Positions 28,695 to 38,364 of a stretch of DNA of 64,000 nt are shown in pieces (within the stretch, counting starts at the first letter, position 1; every line of letters begins with the position of its first letter). A program made the translations under genes and the position numbers. The notes beneath the pieces are model-generated. The model made no database searches. It saw only the letters and a list, made by a program, of their open reading frames with translations, and had not been told where the DNA came from. The stretch comes from an uncultured Christensenella sp. GTDB lineage: Bacteria; Bacillota; Clostridia; Christensenellales; Aristaeellaceae. The stretch spans positions 19,687-83,686 of the forward strand of contig CAZVUU010000002.1 of assembly GCA_964630465.1 (NCBI GenBank). Reading direction: 5' to 3'.

Positions 28695-28922
28695 ATGAAG
28701 GAATTGGTCCTTTTCTTAGCAAAGTCATTGGTTGAACATCCGGATGAGGTTCAAGTGACCGAGACAGAAGGCCCTGAGGCCACGATTCTGGAGCTGAATG
28801 TCGCGCCCGATGATATGGGGCGCGTGATCGGCAAACAGGGCCGCATTGCAAAGGCTCTCCGCAGCGTTGTCAAAGCTGCCACTGAAAAAGGCGGCAAACC
28901 GGTCTTCGTTGAAATTCAGTAA
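28695..28922 (+). CDS. KH-domain RNA-binding protein (YlqC family)
   Basis: 75-aa protein with GRVIGKQGRIAKALR (the KH GxxG loop), between rpsP and rimM. Confidence 0.88.
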   Translation: MKELVLFLAKSLVEHPDEVQVTETEGPEATILELNVAPDDMGRVIGKQGRIAKALRSVVKAATEKGGKPVFVEIQ

Positions 28923-28931
28923 CAATTCACT

Positions 28932-28956
28932 AAAGCGCCGCTGAAGCGGCGCTTTT
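28932..28956 (+). terminator. intrinsic terminator/attenuator hairpin between the KH-protein gene and rimM
   Basis: AAAGCGCCGC-TGAA-GCGGCGCTTT followed by a short T-run. Confidence 0.6.
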
Positions 28957-28970
28957 ACAAAGGGGTAAGT

Positions 28971-29504
28971 ATGCTGTCCAAATATCTGCTGATCGGTACC
29001 GTGATCAAACCTCAGGGAATTCGCGGTCAGATAAAAATCAAGCCTTTAACGGACGATCCGCGCCGATTTAATGACCTTTCCCGGGTGATGGTATGCAAGA
29101 GCGAGGGAAGCGAATATCAGCCTTGTGAGATAGAAAATATCAGTGTGCGGGAAGGTTTTGTGTATGCGCATCTTTCCGGCTGTCAAACCCGAAGTCAAGC
29201 CGAAGATCAGAGAGACTGGATGCTCTATGTACACCGCGAGGATGCTGTTGCGCTGGATGAGGATCGGCACTTCATCACCGATCTGATCGGCTGTAAGGTG
29301 GAAGACTCAAAAGGAAATGACATCGGCGTACTTCAGGAGGTTCTGCAGCCGGGAGCCAATGACGTGTATGTAATCACATTAAAGCAGGGAGGCACGATGA
29401 TGCTGCCCGCACTTAAAAAAGTGATCCCGTCTGTTGATATTGAGCATCGAATTATCACGATCGACGAGCGATTGCTTGACGAGGTGGCCGTCATTGAGAA
29501 TTGA
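28971..29504 (+). CDS. rimM: ribosome maturation factor RimM
   Basis: N-terminus LLIGTVIKPQGIRGQIKIKP and a PRC-barrel C-terminus. Conserved rpsP-rimM-trmD order. Confidence 0.92.
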   Translation: MLSKYLLIGTVIKPQGIRGQIKIKPLTDDPRRFNDLSRVMVCKSEGSEYQPCEIENISVREGFVYAHLSGCQTRSQAEDQRDWMLYVHREDAVALDEDRHFITDLIGCKVEDSKGNDIGVLQEVLQPGANDVYVITLKQGGTMMLPALKKVIPSVDIEHRIITIDERLLDEVAVIEN

Positions 29505-30225
29505 TGTGCTGACCATTTTTCCGGATATGTTTGCCCCGATCGAGCAGAGCATCATCGGAAGAGCGCGGCAAGCCGGGACATTGAATGTTCACATTACAGA
29601 CATCCGCCATTTTTCAAAGAGCAAACACAAGAATACGGATGACTATCCCTTTGGAGGCGGAGCAGGCATGCTGATGATGGTGCAGCCGATCGCAGACGCC
29701 ATTCGCGCGACCGCGCCGGATCCCTACCCGGGTAAACGCATCCTGATGAGCCCAAGAGGAAAAATGCTGACACAGGAAGTGGCCAATGACCTCAGCCGCG
29801 AAGAAAACCTGATGATTTTATGCGGCCATTATGAGGGGGTGGATGAGCGGGTGGTGGACCGCTACATTGATATGGAGATTTCGATCGGAGACTATGTCTT
29901 GACCGGCGGTGAACTGCCGGCCATGGTGATAATCGACTGCCTTGCCAGGCAGATAGAAGGAGTTCTGGGCAGCGAAGCAAGCGCCGGAGAGGAAAGCTTC
30001 TCATCAGCCGGCCTGCTTGAGTATCCGCAGTATACAAGGCCGCGTGAGTTTGAAGGCGCACAGGTGCCGGAAGTATTGTTGTCGGGGGATCACGCACGTA
30101 TCAATGACTGGCGCCGGCAGCAATCGCTGCTGGTGACAGCTCAGCGCAGACCTGACTTACTAAAAAAAGCAGCCATAACTCATGCTGAGAGATGCTGGCT
30201 TCAAGAAAACGGGTATCTTATATAA
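29494..30225 (+). CDS. trmD: tRNA (guanine37-N1)-methyltransferase TrmD
   Basis: A TTG start gives MRIDVLTIFPDMF. Motifs GRYEGVDER-like (GHYEGVDERV) and SIGDYVLTGGELPA. The ORF is open from 29434. Confidence 0.93.
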   Translation: MRIDVLTIFPDMFAPIEQSIIGRARQAGTLNVHITDIRHFSKSKHKNTDDYPFGGGAGMLMMVQPIADAIRATAPDPYPGKRILMSPRGKMLTQEVANDLSREENLMILCGHYEGVDERVVDRYIDMEISIGDYVLTGGELPAMVIIDCLARQIEGVLGSEASAGEESFSSAGLLEYPQYTRPREFEGAQVPEVLLSGDHARINDWRRQQSLLVTAQRRPDLLKKAAITHAERCWLQENGYLI

Positions 30226-30252
30226 GATCAGTTCTTGACAGGGAGGCGAGGC

Positions 30253-31254
30253 ATGAACATTAAGCAGATGATCGAACAGCGGGAAATGGAGGAGTTGTCT
30301 CCGCTTGCGGCGAAGAGCTCTCAAAGCAAGGGGAGAGAGCGCCCGATCAGCTTATGTGAGCTGCGCAGTGAGTTTCAGCGTGACCGGGATCGTATCATCC
30401 ATTCAAAGAGTTTCAGAAGGCTGCAGTTTAAAACGCAGGTATTTATTTCCCCCGAGGGTGATCATTACCGCACGCGCCTGACGCATACCCTGGAAGTAGC
30501 TCAAGTGGCACGCAGTATCGCAAGAGGGCTGCGGCTCAATGAAGATCTGACTGAAGCCATTGCCCTGGGGCATGATCTGGGGCATACGCCATTCGGGCAT
30601 ATCGGTGAGCGTACGATGGACCGCCTGATCGGCGGAGGGTTCCGGCATAACGAACAAAGTCTGCGTCTGGTCGAAGTGCTTGAAGGCAAAGAAGGGCTGA
30701 ATCTGACTTGGGAGGTACGTGACGGTATCATCAATCATTCAGGTTCCCGCAAGGCGGCTACCCTGGAAGGCCGGGTTGTGGGAAAAGCAGATCGTATCGC
30801 CTATATCAACCATGATATTGATGACGCTTTGAGAGCAGGGATCATAAAGCCACATGAATTGCCGTCAGACGCTCTGAGTGTGCTCGGTCACAGCCACGGC
30901 GAGCGGATCTCCACCATGATCGACGATCTGATTAAAACCAGCGGCAAAGCGGGAGATATTGAAGCCAGTCATCAAGTACAGGACGCTACTGACATGATGC
31001 GGGATTTTCTTTTTAAAAACGTTTACCAGGATCAATGGCGCAGTCAGGAAGAAAGCAAATGTGATTTTATTTTATCGACCCTGTTCAAACACTTCATGGA
31101 ACATCCTGCCGATATGCCGCTTGAGTATATAACAATCGCATACCGTGAAGGAACAGAACGCGCAGTCGCAGACTATGTAGCCTCTATGACCGATCGTTTT
31201 GCGACAAGATTGTTTCAAAAACTGTTCGTTCCCGAGGGCTTCTCCGTTATTTAG
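30253..31254 (+). CDS. dGTP triphosphohydrolase-like HD-domain protein
   Basis: Motifs DRDRIIHS..FRRL, RLTHTLEV and GHDLGHTPFGH. GGGAGG RBS upstream of ATG 30253. Confidence 0.88.
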   Translation: MNIKQMIEQREMEELSPLAAKSSQSKGRERPISLCELRSEFQRDRDRIIHSKSFRRLQFKTQVFISPEGDHYRTRLTHTLEVAQVARSIARGLRLNEDLTEAIALGHDLGHTPFGHIGERTMDRLIGGGFRHNEQSLRLVEVLEGKEGLNLTWEVRDGIINHSGSRKAATLEGRVVGKADRIAYINHDIDDALRAGIIKPHELPSDALSVLGHSHGERISTMIDDLIKTSGKAGDIEASHQVQDATDMMRDFLFKNVYQDQWRSQEESKCDFILSTLFKHFMEHPADMPLEYITIAYREGTERAVADYVASMTDRFATRLFQKLFVPEGFSVI

Positions 31255-31293
31255 CAGGATAAAGGCCCGGCGTGTCGAATTAGACATACAGGG

Positions 31294-33054
31294 GTGATGG
31301 TCTTGTCCGGTATGTATCCGAACGCTTGGGTTGATGAGGTTTTGACGCGTGCCGATATCGTTGATATCGTATCGTCTTATCTGCCTTTAAAGCGTCGCGG
31401 CCGAAATTATGTCGGCTTATGCCCCTTTCACAACGAAAAGACCCCTTCCTTCTCCGTCAGCCGTGAGAACAACGTGTACCATTGTTTTGGCTGCAAAGCA
31501 GGCGGCAATGTGGCTCAATTTGTTATGGAAATGGAAAGCTTAACCTTTCCGGAAGCTCTCAGGCACATTGCAAAACTATTAGGTATTCCTGAGCCTGCAC
31601 GGGAATATGACCCCAGGGCGCAGCAAGAGTATTCACTTAAAGAAAAGCTGTACGAAATAAACCGTGAAGCAGCTTTATTTTATCATGACAAATTATACTC
31701 GCCGGCCGGTAAACAGGTATTGGATTATTTGTATGGCCGGGGCATAGAGGACGGGCTGATCAAGCGCTTTGGTCTGGGAGCCAGCGGCCTTGAGTGGGAC
31801 AGCCTGAAGGAACACCTTGCCTCTAAAGGCTATGTCCAGGAGGATATGTCCGCCGCAGGCGTACTACATGTACGCGACAAGCATAGCTATGATGTGTTTC
31901 GAAACCGTGCGATGTTTCCGATCATTGATTTGTACGGACGTACAGTCGGCTTCGGCGGCAGGGCAATGGGAGATGCGCAGCCCAAGTACCTCAACACGCA
32001 GGATACCCTTGTGTTTAACAAGCGGTTGGGGCTCTATGGCGCTAATTTCCTGAGAAAACAGAGGGACCTCACCCGTGTCGTTCTTGTTGAGGGATACATG
32101 GATGTGATGGCTCTGTCCAAGAAGGGGATACGGGGAGGAATCGCAACGCTCGGAACAGCGCTGACGGCAGAGCAGGCACGGCTGATGAAACGTCTGGCGC
32201 CTGAGGTATGGGTTTGCTACGATGGTGACGAGGCCGGACAAAATGCTATCATGCGGGCAGCAGATGTTCTTGAAAAAGAAGGAATCCCTTCCCGGGTGTT
32301 ACAGTTGCCTGATGGGATGGATCCGGATGATTATCTGCAGCACCATGAGGCTGAGGAATTTGCGAGCCTAAGCCCTTTGACAGTGAATGTGTTTCGTTTG
32401 CTCAGGCTGAAAAAAGGGTATGATACTGCGTCTGCTGAAGGAAACAGCGATTTTTCCTTAAAGGCCTGCGAACAGATAGCGTCAGTCGCCAGTCCTCTTG
32501 AGCGGGAAGATCTGGTGCGCTGGCTGCAGGTGCAAACGGGTTATGACAAAGAAATCCTCACAGAGCAGGTGCGTCAATCTATGAAGAGGGTCTCGGGGAA
32601 AAGCGACGCGGCGAAGAAACCTCTCTTTTCCGACCGGAGACAGAACAAAGAGCGGACAGTGGATGAAGCTGAAAAGACGCTCCTGGCGCTTTCGGCAACA
32701 GGACATCTTCCCGGAGATCTGGTCAGAGCCGAAGATTTTGACAATCCTTTGATCAGAAAACTGTGGCAGGCCTTGTCTGAAGGGAAAAAACCTGTACAGG
32801 TCTTGAGCGAATGTGAGGAGGAAGAGGGCCGCTCCATTGCCAGCGAGGCCTTCAGCAGACTGGGAGAGATGGAGGCTGACCAAGTGATCCCCGCGGCGGA
32901 AGAGTGTATTTCAACACTAAGAGCCAATAAACTGGATCAACAAATTCGCGAAATCAGCCGTCAAATGATAACGATGACCGGCGATGACAAGATAAAAGCA
33001 CTGGAACAAATTATGCAATTGCGTTTGGCGCTCAACAGCCTTAAACGTAGCTAG
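31294..33054 (+). CDS. dnaG: DNA primase DnaG
   Basis: Zinc finger [14 protein letters not shown]...[11 protein letters not shown] and TOPRIM motifs EGYMDV and DGDEAG. The start is ambiguous (GTG 31294, ATG 31297 or ATG 31312). Confidence 0.94.
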   Translation: MMVLSGMYPNAWVDEVLTRADIVDIVSSYLPLKRRGRNYVGLCPFHNEKTPSFSVSRENNVYHCFGCKAGGNVAQFVMEMESLTFPEALRHIAKLLGIPEPAREYDPRAQQEYSLKEKLYEINREAALFYHDKLYSPAGKQVLDYLYGRGIEDGLIKRFGLGASGLEWDSLKEHLASKGYVQEDMSAAGVLHVRDKHSYDVFRNRAMFPIIDLYGRTVGFGGRAMGDAQPKYLNTQDTLVFNKRLGLYGANFLRKQRDLTRVVLVEGYMDVMALSKKGIRGGIATLGTALTAEQARLMKRLAPEVWVCYDGDEAGQNAIMRAADVLEKEGIPSRVLQLPDGMDPDDYLQHHEAEEFASLSPLTVNVFRLLRLKKGYDTASAEGNSDFSLKACEQIASVASPLEREDLVRWLQVQTGYDKEILTEQVRQSMKRVSGKSDAAKKPLFSDRRQNKERTVDEAEKTLLALSATGHLPGDLVRAEDFDNPLIRKLWQALSEGKKPVQVLSECEEEEGRSIASEAFSRLGEMEADQVIPAAEECISTLRANKLDQQIREISRQMITMTGDDKIKALEQIMQLRLALNSLKRS

Positions 33055-33077
33055 GTGGGAGGAAAGGAAGTCTCTTG

Positions 33078-34172
33078 ATGAGTATGAAAGCGGAATCCAA
33101 GCAGGAACAAAAGCTTCAGGAATTATATGAAACTGCGAAAGCACAAGGGAGCATCAGTTATAGTACAATCATGTCCATCCTGTCCGCTGAGGAAATTGAT
33201 CCGGACCAATTTGAGATTATCCTTGAAACCCTTGATACGCTTGGAGTGAATGTCATTAAGGATAACGAAAGCGCGGATGAAAAGGAAACTGAGGAAGAGG
33301 CGGCTGATGAAGAGGAAATTGACCTCAGCGTGCCGGACGCGATCAACATCGATGATCCTGTCCGTATGTATCTCAAGGAAATCGGCAAAGTGCCTCTTCT
33401 GACAGCAGAAGAAGAGGTAGAGATCGCCAAACGCATGGAGCAGGGAGACGAAAACGCAAAGCGCGAACTGGCTGAAGCAAACCTCAGGCTGGTCGTTTCC
33501 ATTGCCAAACGTTATGTGGGGCGCGGCATGCTGTTCCTTGATCTGATCCAGGAGGGCAACATGGGCTTGATCAAGGCTGTTGAAAAGTTTGATCATACCA
33601 AGGGTTTTAAGTTTTCGACCTATGCTACCTGGTGGATCAGGCAAGCAATTACCCGTGCCATAGCAGATCAGGCTAGGACGATTCGTATACCCGTTCATAT
33701 GGTGGAAACAATCAATAAACTGATTCGTGTATCCCGTCAGCTTCTGCAGGAATATGGCCGGGAGCCTACGCCTGAAGAGATCGCCAAGGCAATGGGAATC
33801 AGTGAAAGCAAGGTCCGTGAGATCATCAAAATCGCTCAAGAGCCTGTTTCATTGGAAACTCCTATCGGAGAAGAAGAAGACAGCCACTTGGGAGACTTCA
33901 TTCAGGACGAGGATGCACCTGCGCCGGCTGAAGCTGCATCAAACGCTTTGATGAAGGAGTTATTGTGGGAAGTCCTTGATACGTTGACGCCAAGAGAGGC
34001 CAAGGTGCTTCGCCTGCGGTTTGGGCTTGACGACGGCAACCCGCGCACATTGGAGGAAGTAGGTAAAGAATTCCATGTCACTCGCGAGCGTATCCGTCAG
34101 ATTGAAGCAAAAGCATTGCGCAAGCTGCGCCATCCCAGCCGCAGTAAGAAACTGAAAGATTTTTTGGATTGA
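33078..34172 (+). CDS. sigA: RNA polymerase primary sigma factor (SigA/RpoD)
   Basis: Region 2 ([31 protein letters not shown]) and region 4.2 ([29 protein letters not shown]). Acidic region 1. Confidence 0.97.
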   Translation: MSMKAESKQEQKLQELYETAKAQGSISYSTIMSILSAEEIDPDQFEIILETLDTLGVNVIKDNESADEKETEEEAADEEEIDLSVPDAINIDDPVRMYLKEIGKVPLLTAEEEVEIAKRMEQGDENAKRELAEANLRLVVSIAKRYVGRGMLFLDLIQEGNMGLIKAVEKFDHTKGFKFSTYATWWIRQAITRAIADQARTIRIPVHMVETINKLIRVSRQLLQEYGREPTPEEIAKAMGISESKVREIIKIAQEPVSLETPIGEEEDSHLGDFIQDEDAPAPAEAASNALMKELLWEVLDTLTPREAKVLRLRFGLDDGNPRTLEEVGKEFHVTRERIRQIEAKALRKLRHPSRSKKLKDFLD

Positions 34173-34846
34173 GAAAAACGACCCCAAAGCGGCTGCCGGT
34201 CCTCGACGCGCGTCTACGGTGCATCGCTGACATGGTGCCCGTTTGTGAGGAAGCTGCGGACATTGGTGCGGATCACGGGAAGCTTGCCTGCCATTTGCTC
34301 TCAAGCGGGATCTGTAACAGGATGATTGTCAGCGATATAAGCGGTGATTCATTAAACAAAAGCAGAAGACTTCTCACCTTGCATGGTTTGGAAGATAAGG
34401 CAGAGCTGATTGTGGCAGACGGTCTTCAAGCACTTACCCGTCCGGTTTCAGCTGTTATTATTGCCGGGATGGGCGGCAGGACCATAGCGGGTATCCTTAA
34501 AAACCATCAAGCCATCGGTGAGGCAAAGCTGATTGTATCGGCGAATACCCAGATGCCGTTTCTAAGACAAAAGCTGTATGAGTACGGCTTTTTCTTTGAA
34601 GCCGAAACGGTTGTGCGATCAAACGGCAGATTTTATTCAGTCCTCTCGGCACAGCGGGGATACAAAGATTATACTGCCCGTGAACTGTACATCGGTTCAA
34701 AGCTTCGGGGAGATTGTTTGAACGAATACATGAGATGGAGAAGAGATGTGGTATTTGTCCGCCGTGATGACAGGCGTGAGACCCACTTAAAATGGTTATC
34801 GGAGGAGATTGAGCATGAAACCAGCCAAAAATCAGGTGATTTATGA
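34169..34846 (+). CDS. trmK: tRNA (adenine22-N1)-methyltransferase TrmK
   Basis: SAM-binding DIGADHGKL and IAGMGG motifs. Conserved position after sigA. TTG start overlaps the sigA stop. Confidence 0.85.
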   Translation: MRKTTPKRLPVLDARLRCIADMVPVCEEAADIGADHGKLACHLLSSGICNRMIVSDISGDSLNKSRRLLTLHGLEDKAELIVADGLQALTRPVSAVIIAGMGGRTIAGILKNHQAIGEAKLIVSANTQMPFLRQKLYEYGFFFEAETVVRSNGRFYSVLSAQRGYKDYTARELYIGSKLRGDCLNEYMRWRRDVVFVRRDDRRETHLKWLSEEIEHETSQKSGDL

Positions 34847-35600
34847 TATCATCAATGACATTGCGCCTTTTGAGACTCAGGAGGCCTATGATAATTCCGG
34901 TTTTTTGATTGGGGACATCAATGCCGAGGTTTCGCGGGTAATGACCGCTCTTGATGTCACGCCTGAGGTGATAGAGGAAGCCCTTGAAAAGAAAGCACAG
35001 CTTTTGATTTCCCATCATCCATTAATGTTTCATGCTGTTAAGAATATACGTGATGACAACTATGACGGAGTGATTCTATCCAAGCTGGTAAAAAGCGGCC
35101 TTGCGCTACTTAGCGCACATACAAACCTTGATTTAAGTGATATGAGCGGCGGGGCCATGATTGCAAAGCGGCTCGGACTTCAGGACATCCGAAGGGGGGA
35201 GGACCCCATACTGACCCTGGGTGAAACGAATAAGGCCATGACGGCAAAAGAACTCGGCCAAATGATCGGTGATCTGACCGGACTCAGGCCCAGATGTTAT
35301 GGCTCGCCGGACACAAAGATCACAACCTTGGCTTTGGCAGGCGGTGCATATGATACGGGGTTTTCTGCGGCACAGGCGGAAGGGGCTCATGCCCTTTTAA
35401 CCGGAGAAGTGCGCTATCATAATGCCATCGCTTCCGCACAGAGCGGCTTCGTATTATTTGATGGAGGGCACTACCATACTGAAGTATGGATGATGGATGA
35501 GCTGGCCTTCTATTTACAAAACAAGCTTAATCTACTACAATATTCTGTGGAAGTGTATGCGTCTGAGTGTCACCACCATTCAGAAGGATATACTTTGTGA
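34815..35600 (+). CDS. Nif3-like dinuclear metal centre protein (YqfO family)
   Basis: Motifs DNSGFLIG, LISHHPLMF and SAHTNLD, plus a C-terminal GGHYHTE. Confidence 0.9.
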   Translation: MKPAKNQVIYDIINDIAPFETQEAYDNSGFLIGDINAEVSRVMTALDVTPEVIEEALEKKAQLLISHHPLMFHAVKNIRDDNYDGVILSKLVKSGLALLSAHTNLDLSDMSGGAMIAKRLGLQDIRRGEDPILTLGETNKAMTAKELGQMIGDLTGLRPRCYGSPDTKITTLALAGGAYDTGFSAAQAEGAHALLTGEVRYHNAIASAQSGFVLFDGGHYHTEVWMMDELAFYLQNKLNLLQYSVEVYASECHHHSEGYTL

Positions 35601-35609
35601 GGAGGAAGA

Positions 35610-36311
35610 ATGAACCAACTAGAACTATTGTGGCAGTATCAACAAGCAGATATTGAAGTAGACAATCTGGAGATGTCGGTCCGCAGATCCCCAAAACGCC
35701 AGAAGCTGGTTAAATTGCGTGATTCGTTTCAGGAACTGCAAAAGAACCTCAAACAAGTTGAAGATGAGGTTCTGGCCATGCTTGACCGTATGGATGCGTT
35801 GAAAGACGCGATCTCCTTAACGGAAGATCAGATCAAACAGCTTCAATCACGCATTCAGAATGAACCGGCGGCTGACAGCGCTCAGGTGCGTGACTATATT
35901 GATGAAGCCCAGCGCCTTTCCGGCTCCTTGCAGGACTTTGAACAGGAGACGCGCCGCCTTCGAAAGATTGCTGCTGACCGTGACCGCGTGCAGCGGGATC
36001 TGAAAATCAGGCTTGTTGCTGCGAGGGAAGAGTTTATCCCTTTACGGGATGAATTTGACGCCGAATACAAGCAGGCACAGGTTCGGGTCGAACAACTGCG
36101 TGAAAAGGCCAAAGAAAAGCTTGCCGGTATTGAGCCCGAGTATATCGCGAAGTACAACGATATCAAGCAGCGCTGTATACCGCCAATCGCTAAGCTTCAG
36201 AATGGTCAGTGCGGCGGGTGCAATATGTCCTTCCCCTCATCTGTATTGAGCAGCATTAAGAATGGAAAACTGGTTGAATGCGAGACCTGCGGCCGCATGG
36301 TCATTACCTGA
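35610..36311 (+). CDS. coiled-coil protein with C-terminal C4 zinc ribbon (COG1579/DUF164 type)
   Basis: Long heptad-rich helical region ending in CGGCNM...CETCGR. Usual partner of nif3. Confidence 0.85.
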   Translation: MNQLELLWQYQQADIEVDNLEMSVRRSPKRQKLVKLRDSFQELQKNLKQVEDEVLAMLDRMDALKDAISLTEDQIKQLQSRIQNEPAADSAQVRDYIDEAQRLSGSLQDFEQETRRLRKIAADRDRVQRDLKIRLVAAREEFIPLRDEFDAEYKQAQVRVEQLREKAKEKLAGIEPEYIAKYNDIKQRCIPPIAKLQNGQCGGCNMSFPSSVLSSIKNGKLVECETCGRMVIT

Positions 36312-36328
36312 TCAATCGCTTTTAAACC

Positions 36329-36661
36329 GGTGAGGCAGCTGAATGGTCGCATGCTGTGAGAAGCATGAGGAAAGTCCGAGCACCACAGAGCAGAGTGCCA
36401 GTTAACGGCTGGTGGAGGCGACTCCAAGGCAAGTGCAACAGAGAGATACCGCCGAATGATTCGGTAAGGGTGGAAAGGTGCGGTAAGAGCGCACCGGCGG
36501 CTTGGCAACTTGACCGTCATGTAAACCCCACTTGGTGCAAGATAGATGAAGGCGCATGGAGCTGCTCGTTCCGCCTTCGTAATCGCTTGAGCCTTCCGGC
36601 GACGGATGGCCTAGACAGATGACCATTCCAGACAGAACTCGGCTTACAGGCTGCGCTCACC
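36329..36661 (+). ncRNA. rnpB: RNase P RNA (bacterial rnpB)
   Basis: P4 halves GAGGAAAGUCCGAGC (about 36367) and ACAGAACUCGGCUUAC (about 36632). P1 formed by GGUGAGGCAGC (36329-36339) pairing with GCUGCGCUCACC (36650-36661). No coherent ORF. Confidence 0.92.
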
Positions 36662-36663
36662 AT

Positions 36664-36699
36664 AAAAAAGAATCGCTCGTAACGGGCGATTCTTTTTTA
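36664..36699. terminator. bidirectional intrinsic terminator after rnpB and after the convergent rhomboid-like gene
   Basis: AAAAAAGAATCGC-(loop)-GCGATTCTTTTTT, with an A-run and a T-run flanking the stem. Confidence 0.8.
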
Positions 36700-36714
36700 T
36701 GGTCATCCGGGCGC

Positions 36715-37365
36715 TTATCTGCGCTGCGCATTGCGGAACTGGCGGCGCCGTTTCCATTGAGCCGTCGTTCTTCGGATCAGGTTGATGATATCGCCGCCAA
36801 AAAAGAGGAATAAATTAAGAAGACTGAACAATAGCGCAACCCTTGTATCCCAGCGCCCGATGATTAAGGCATAAAGGTAATATACGGCGTTAAGAGCGCC
36901 AAGCCATTTCATTTTGATCGGAAGGATAAAAAACAATAAAAGCTCATGCTCCGGATATAGGATAGCAAAGGCGAAGAACATGGACATCAACAAATAATGG
37001 TTGGTGCCAAATCCGGTAATCAGTGCCGCAATGATCGCACCTAAAACGCCAATGAGGAAATAAAGCAAAAAGCGTCTCGCGCCCCATTTGCTCTCAAGCG
37101 CCGTCCCGATAAAATAATAAAAATACATCGTAATAGCGGCAAACATCAGCGAGTTCATCGGAGGAATAAAGATGAAGGTGATCAAACGCCATACTTCGCC
37201 TTTATATACCATGCCTGTCCACAATGACAACCGGCTGATCAAGGGAAAGGAGGGGAAAAACAACTGAAGCGCGTATACGCCTGCCATAGATAAAATAATA
37301 TATTTAAAGAAGGGCATGATGCGAAAACGGTATAGTTTCCTCTCCCAGCGATTAATAAGTTTCAT
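36715..37365 (-). CDS. rhomboid-like polytopic membrane protein, apparently without the Ser/His catalytic dyad
   Basis: Six or more TM segments. Rhomboid-type VWRLITFIF...(x)...GTALESKWGARRFLLYFLIGVLG. No GxSG and no TM6 His could be identified by eye. Confidence 0.55.
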   Translation of the reverse strand: MKLINRWERKLYRFRIMPFFKYIILSMAGVYALQLFFPSFPLISRLSLWTGMVYKGEVWRLITFIFIPPMNSLMFAAITMYFYYFIGTALESKWGARRFLLYFLIGVLGAIIAALITGFGTNHYLLMSMFFAFAILYPEHELLLFFILPIKMKWLGALNAVYYLYALIIGRWDTRVALLFSLLNLFLFFGGDIINLIRRTTAQWKRRRQFRNAQRR

Positions 37366-37431
37366 AATATCCTTTCCTTACATTAGAACGGTCATTCTGC
37401 GGCATCTTGATAAGAGATTAAGGAGATAGCC

Positions 37432-38364
37432 TCAATGACGGACGGAATTGTCTTTGTCCGCAGCAGCGGAGTCATCAGACCTGCTTGCATCATCTAAAGA
37501 CGCGGTTCTTGAAGATCCTTTTTTCTTATCAAAGGATTTGGAGGGAGGTACAGAAGAGACACGCTGGATTTCATTGCCCAAATACTCTTTGAACTCATAG
37601 TTGTCCTGTCCCTTGGAGACGCGCACTTTGACAGATTCCTTCAAAGGGTTCATCTCAACCACGGTACCGCGTCCGTCGGGGGTCAGGACATCTCGCCCTA
37701 TGTTCGGCAAGAGCTTTCGCGCACGCTCATATTGGTCCTGCTCATATTTTAAGCAGCACATGAGACGCCCGCAAACGCCGGAAATCTTTGTGGGATTCAA
37801 TGATAAATTCTGTTCCTTGGCCATTTTTATGGACACAGGCTGAAAATCGCCCAAGAACGACGAACAGCATAAAGGCCGTCCGCAGGAGCCAAGCCCGCCG
37901 AGCATTTTTGCTTCATCGCGCACACCAATTTGCTTGAGCTCAATTCTGGTTTTAAAAGTGGCAGCCAGATCTTTTACCAGTCCGCGAAAATCCACACGGC
38001 CATTGGAAGTAAAATAGCAAATCAGCTTGTTACGGTCAAAGGTATACTCCACTTTGACAAGCTTCATATCCAGCTTATGATCAGATATTTTCTCCTGACA
38101 TATTGCGTAGGTGCTCCGCTCGCTTTCCAGGTTAGCCCGGTGTTTCTCGGTATCCTCATCGTTGGCAACACGAATGACTTTTTTGAGCGGGGAAGAGATA
38201 TGTTCTTCGTTGATTTCATGGACGCCCATGACACACTGGGCGTATTCCACGCCTCGCACAGTCTCCACGATGACATTGTCTCCGGCTGTCGGCCACAGTT
38301 TGCCCGGGTTGAAATAGTAAAGTTTTCCGGCGTTTTTGAAACGCACGCCAATTACCATTGACAT
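37432..38364 (-). CDS. ricT: PSP1-domain protein RicT/YaaT (stage 0 sporulation protein YaaT family)
   Basis: PSP1 core with a Cys cluster (GGLGSCGRPLCCSSF, GVCGRLMCCLKYE). Follows holB, as in Bacillus. Confidence 0.9.
   Translation of the reverse strand: MSMVIGVRFKNAGKLYYFNPGKLWPTAGDNVIVETVRGVEYAQCVMGVHEINEEHISSPLKKVIRVANDEDTEKHRANLESERSTYAICQEKISDHKLDMKLVKVEYTFDRNKLICYFTSNGRVDFRGLVKDLAATFKTRIELKQIGVRDEAKMLGGLGSCGRPLCCSSFLGDFQPVSIKMAKEQNLSLNPTKISGVCGRLMCCLKYEQDQYERARKLLPNIGRDVLTPDGRGTVVEMNPLKESVKVRVSKGQDNYEFKEYLGNEIQRVSSVPPSKSFDKKKGSSRTASLDDASRSDDSAAADKDNSVRH

Noticed and set aside
28099-28851. 250-aa ORF on the minus strand
   Set aside because: It spans the ffh 3' end, the intergenic region, rpsP and the KH-protein gene in antisense. 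A real gene would not ignore three gene boundaries, and there are no motifs.
33123-33839. 238-aa ORF on the minus strand
   Set aside because: It is antisense to the sigA coding region, which is unambiguous, and there is no independent support.
36356-36626. Short ORFs (88 aa on the plus strand, 74 aa and 104 aa on the minus strand) in the 36.3-36.7 kb gap
   Set aside because: The region is fully explained by the RNase P RNA (P1 and P4 pairings found). These ORFs have no RBS.
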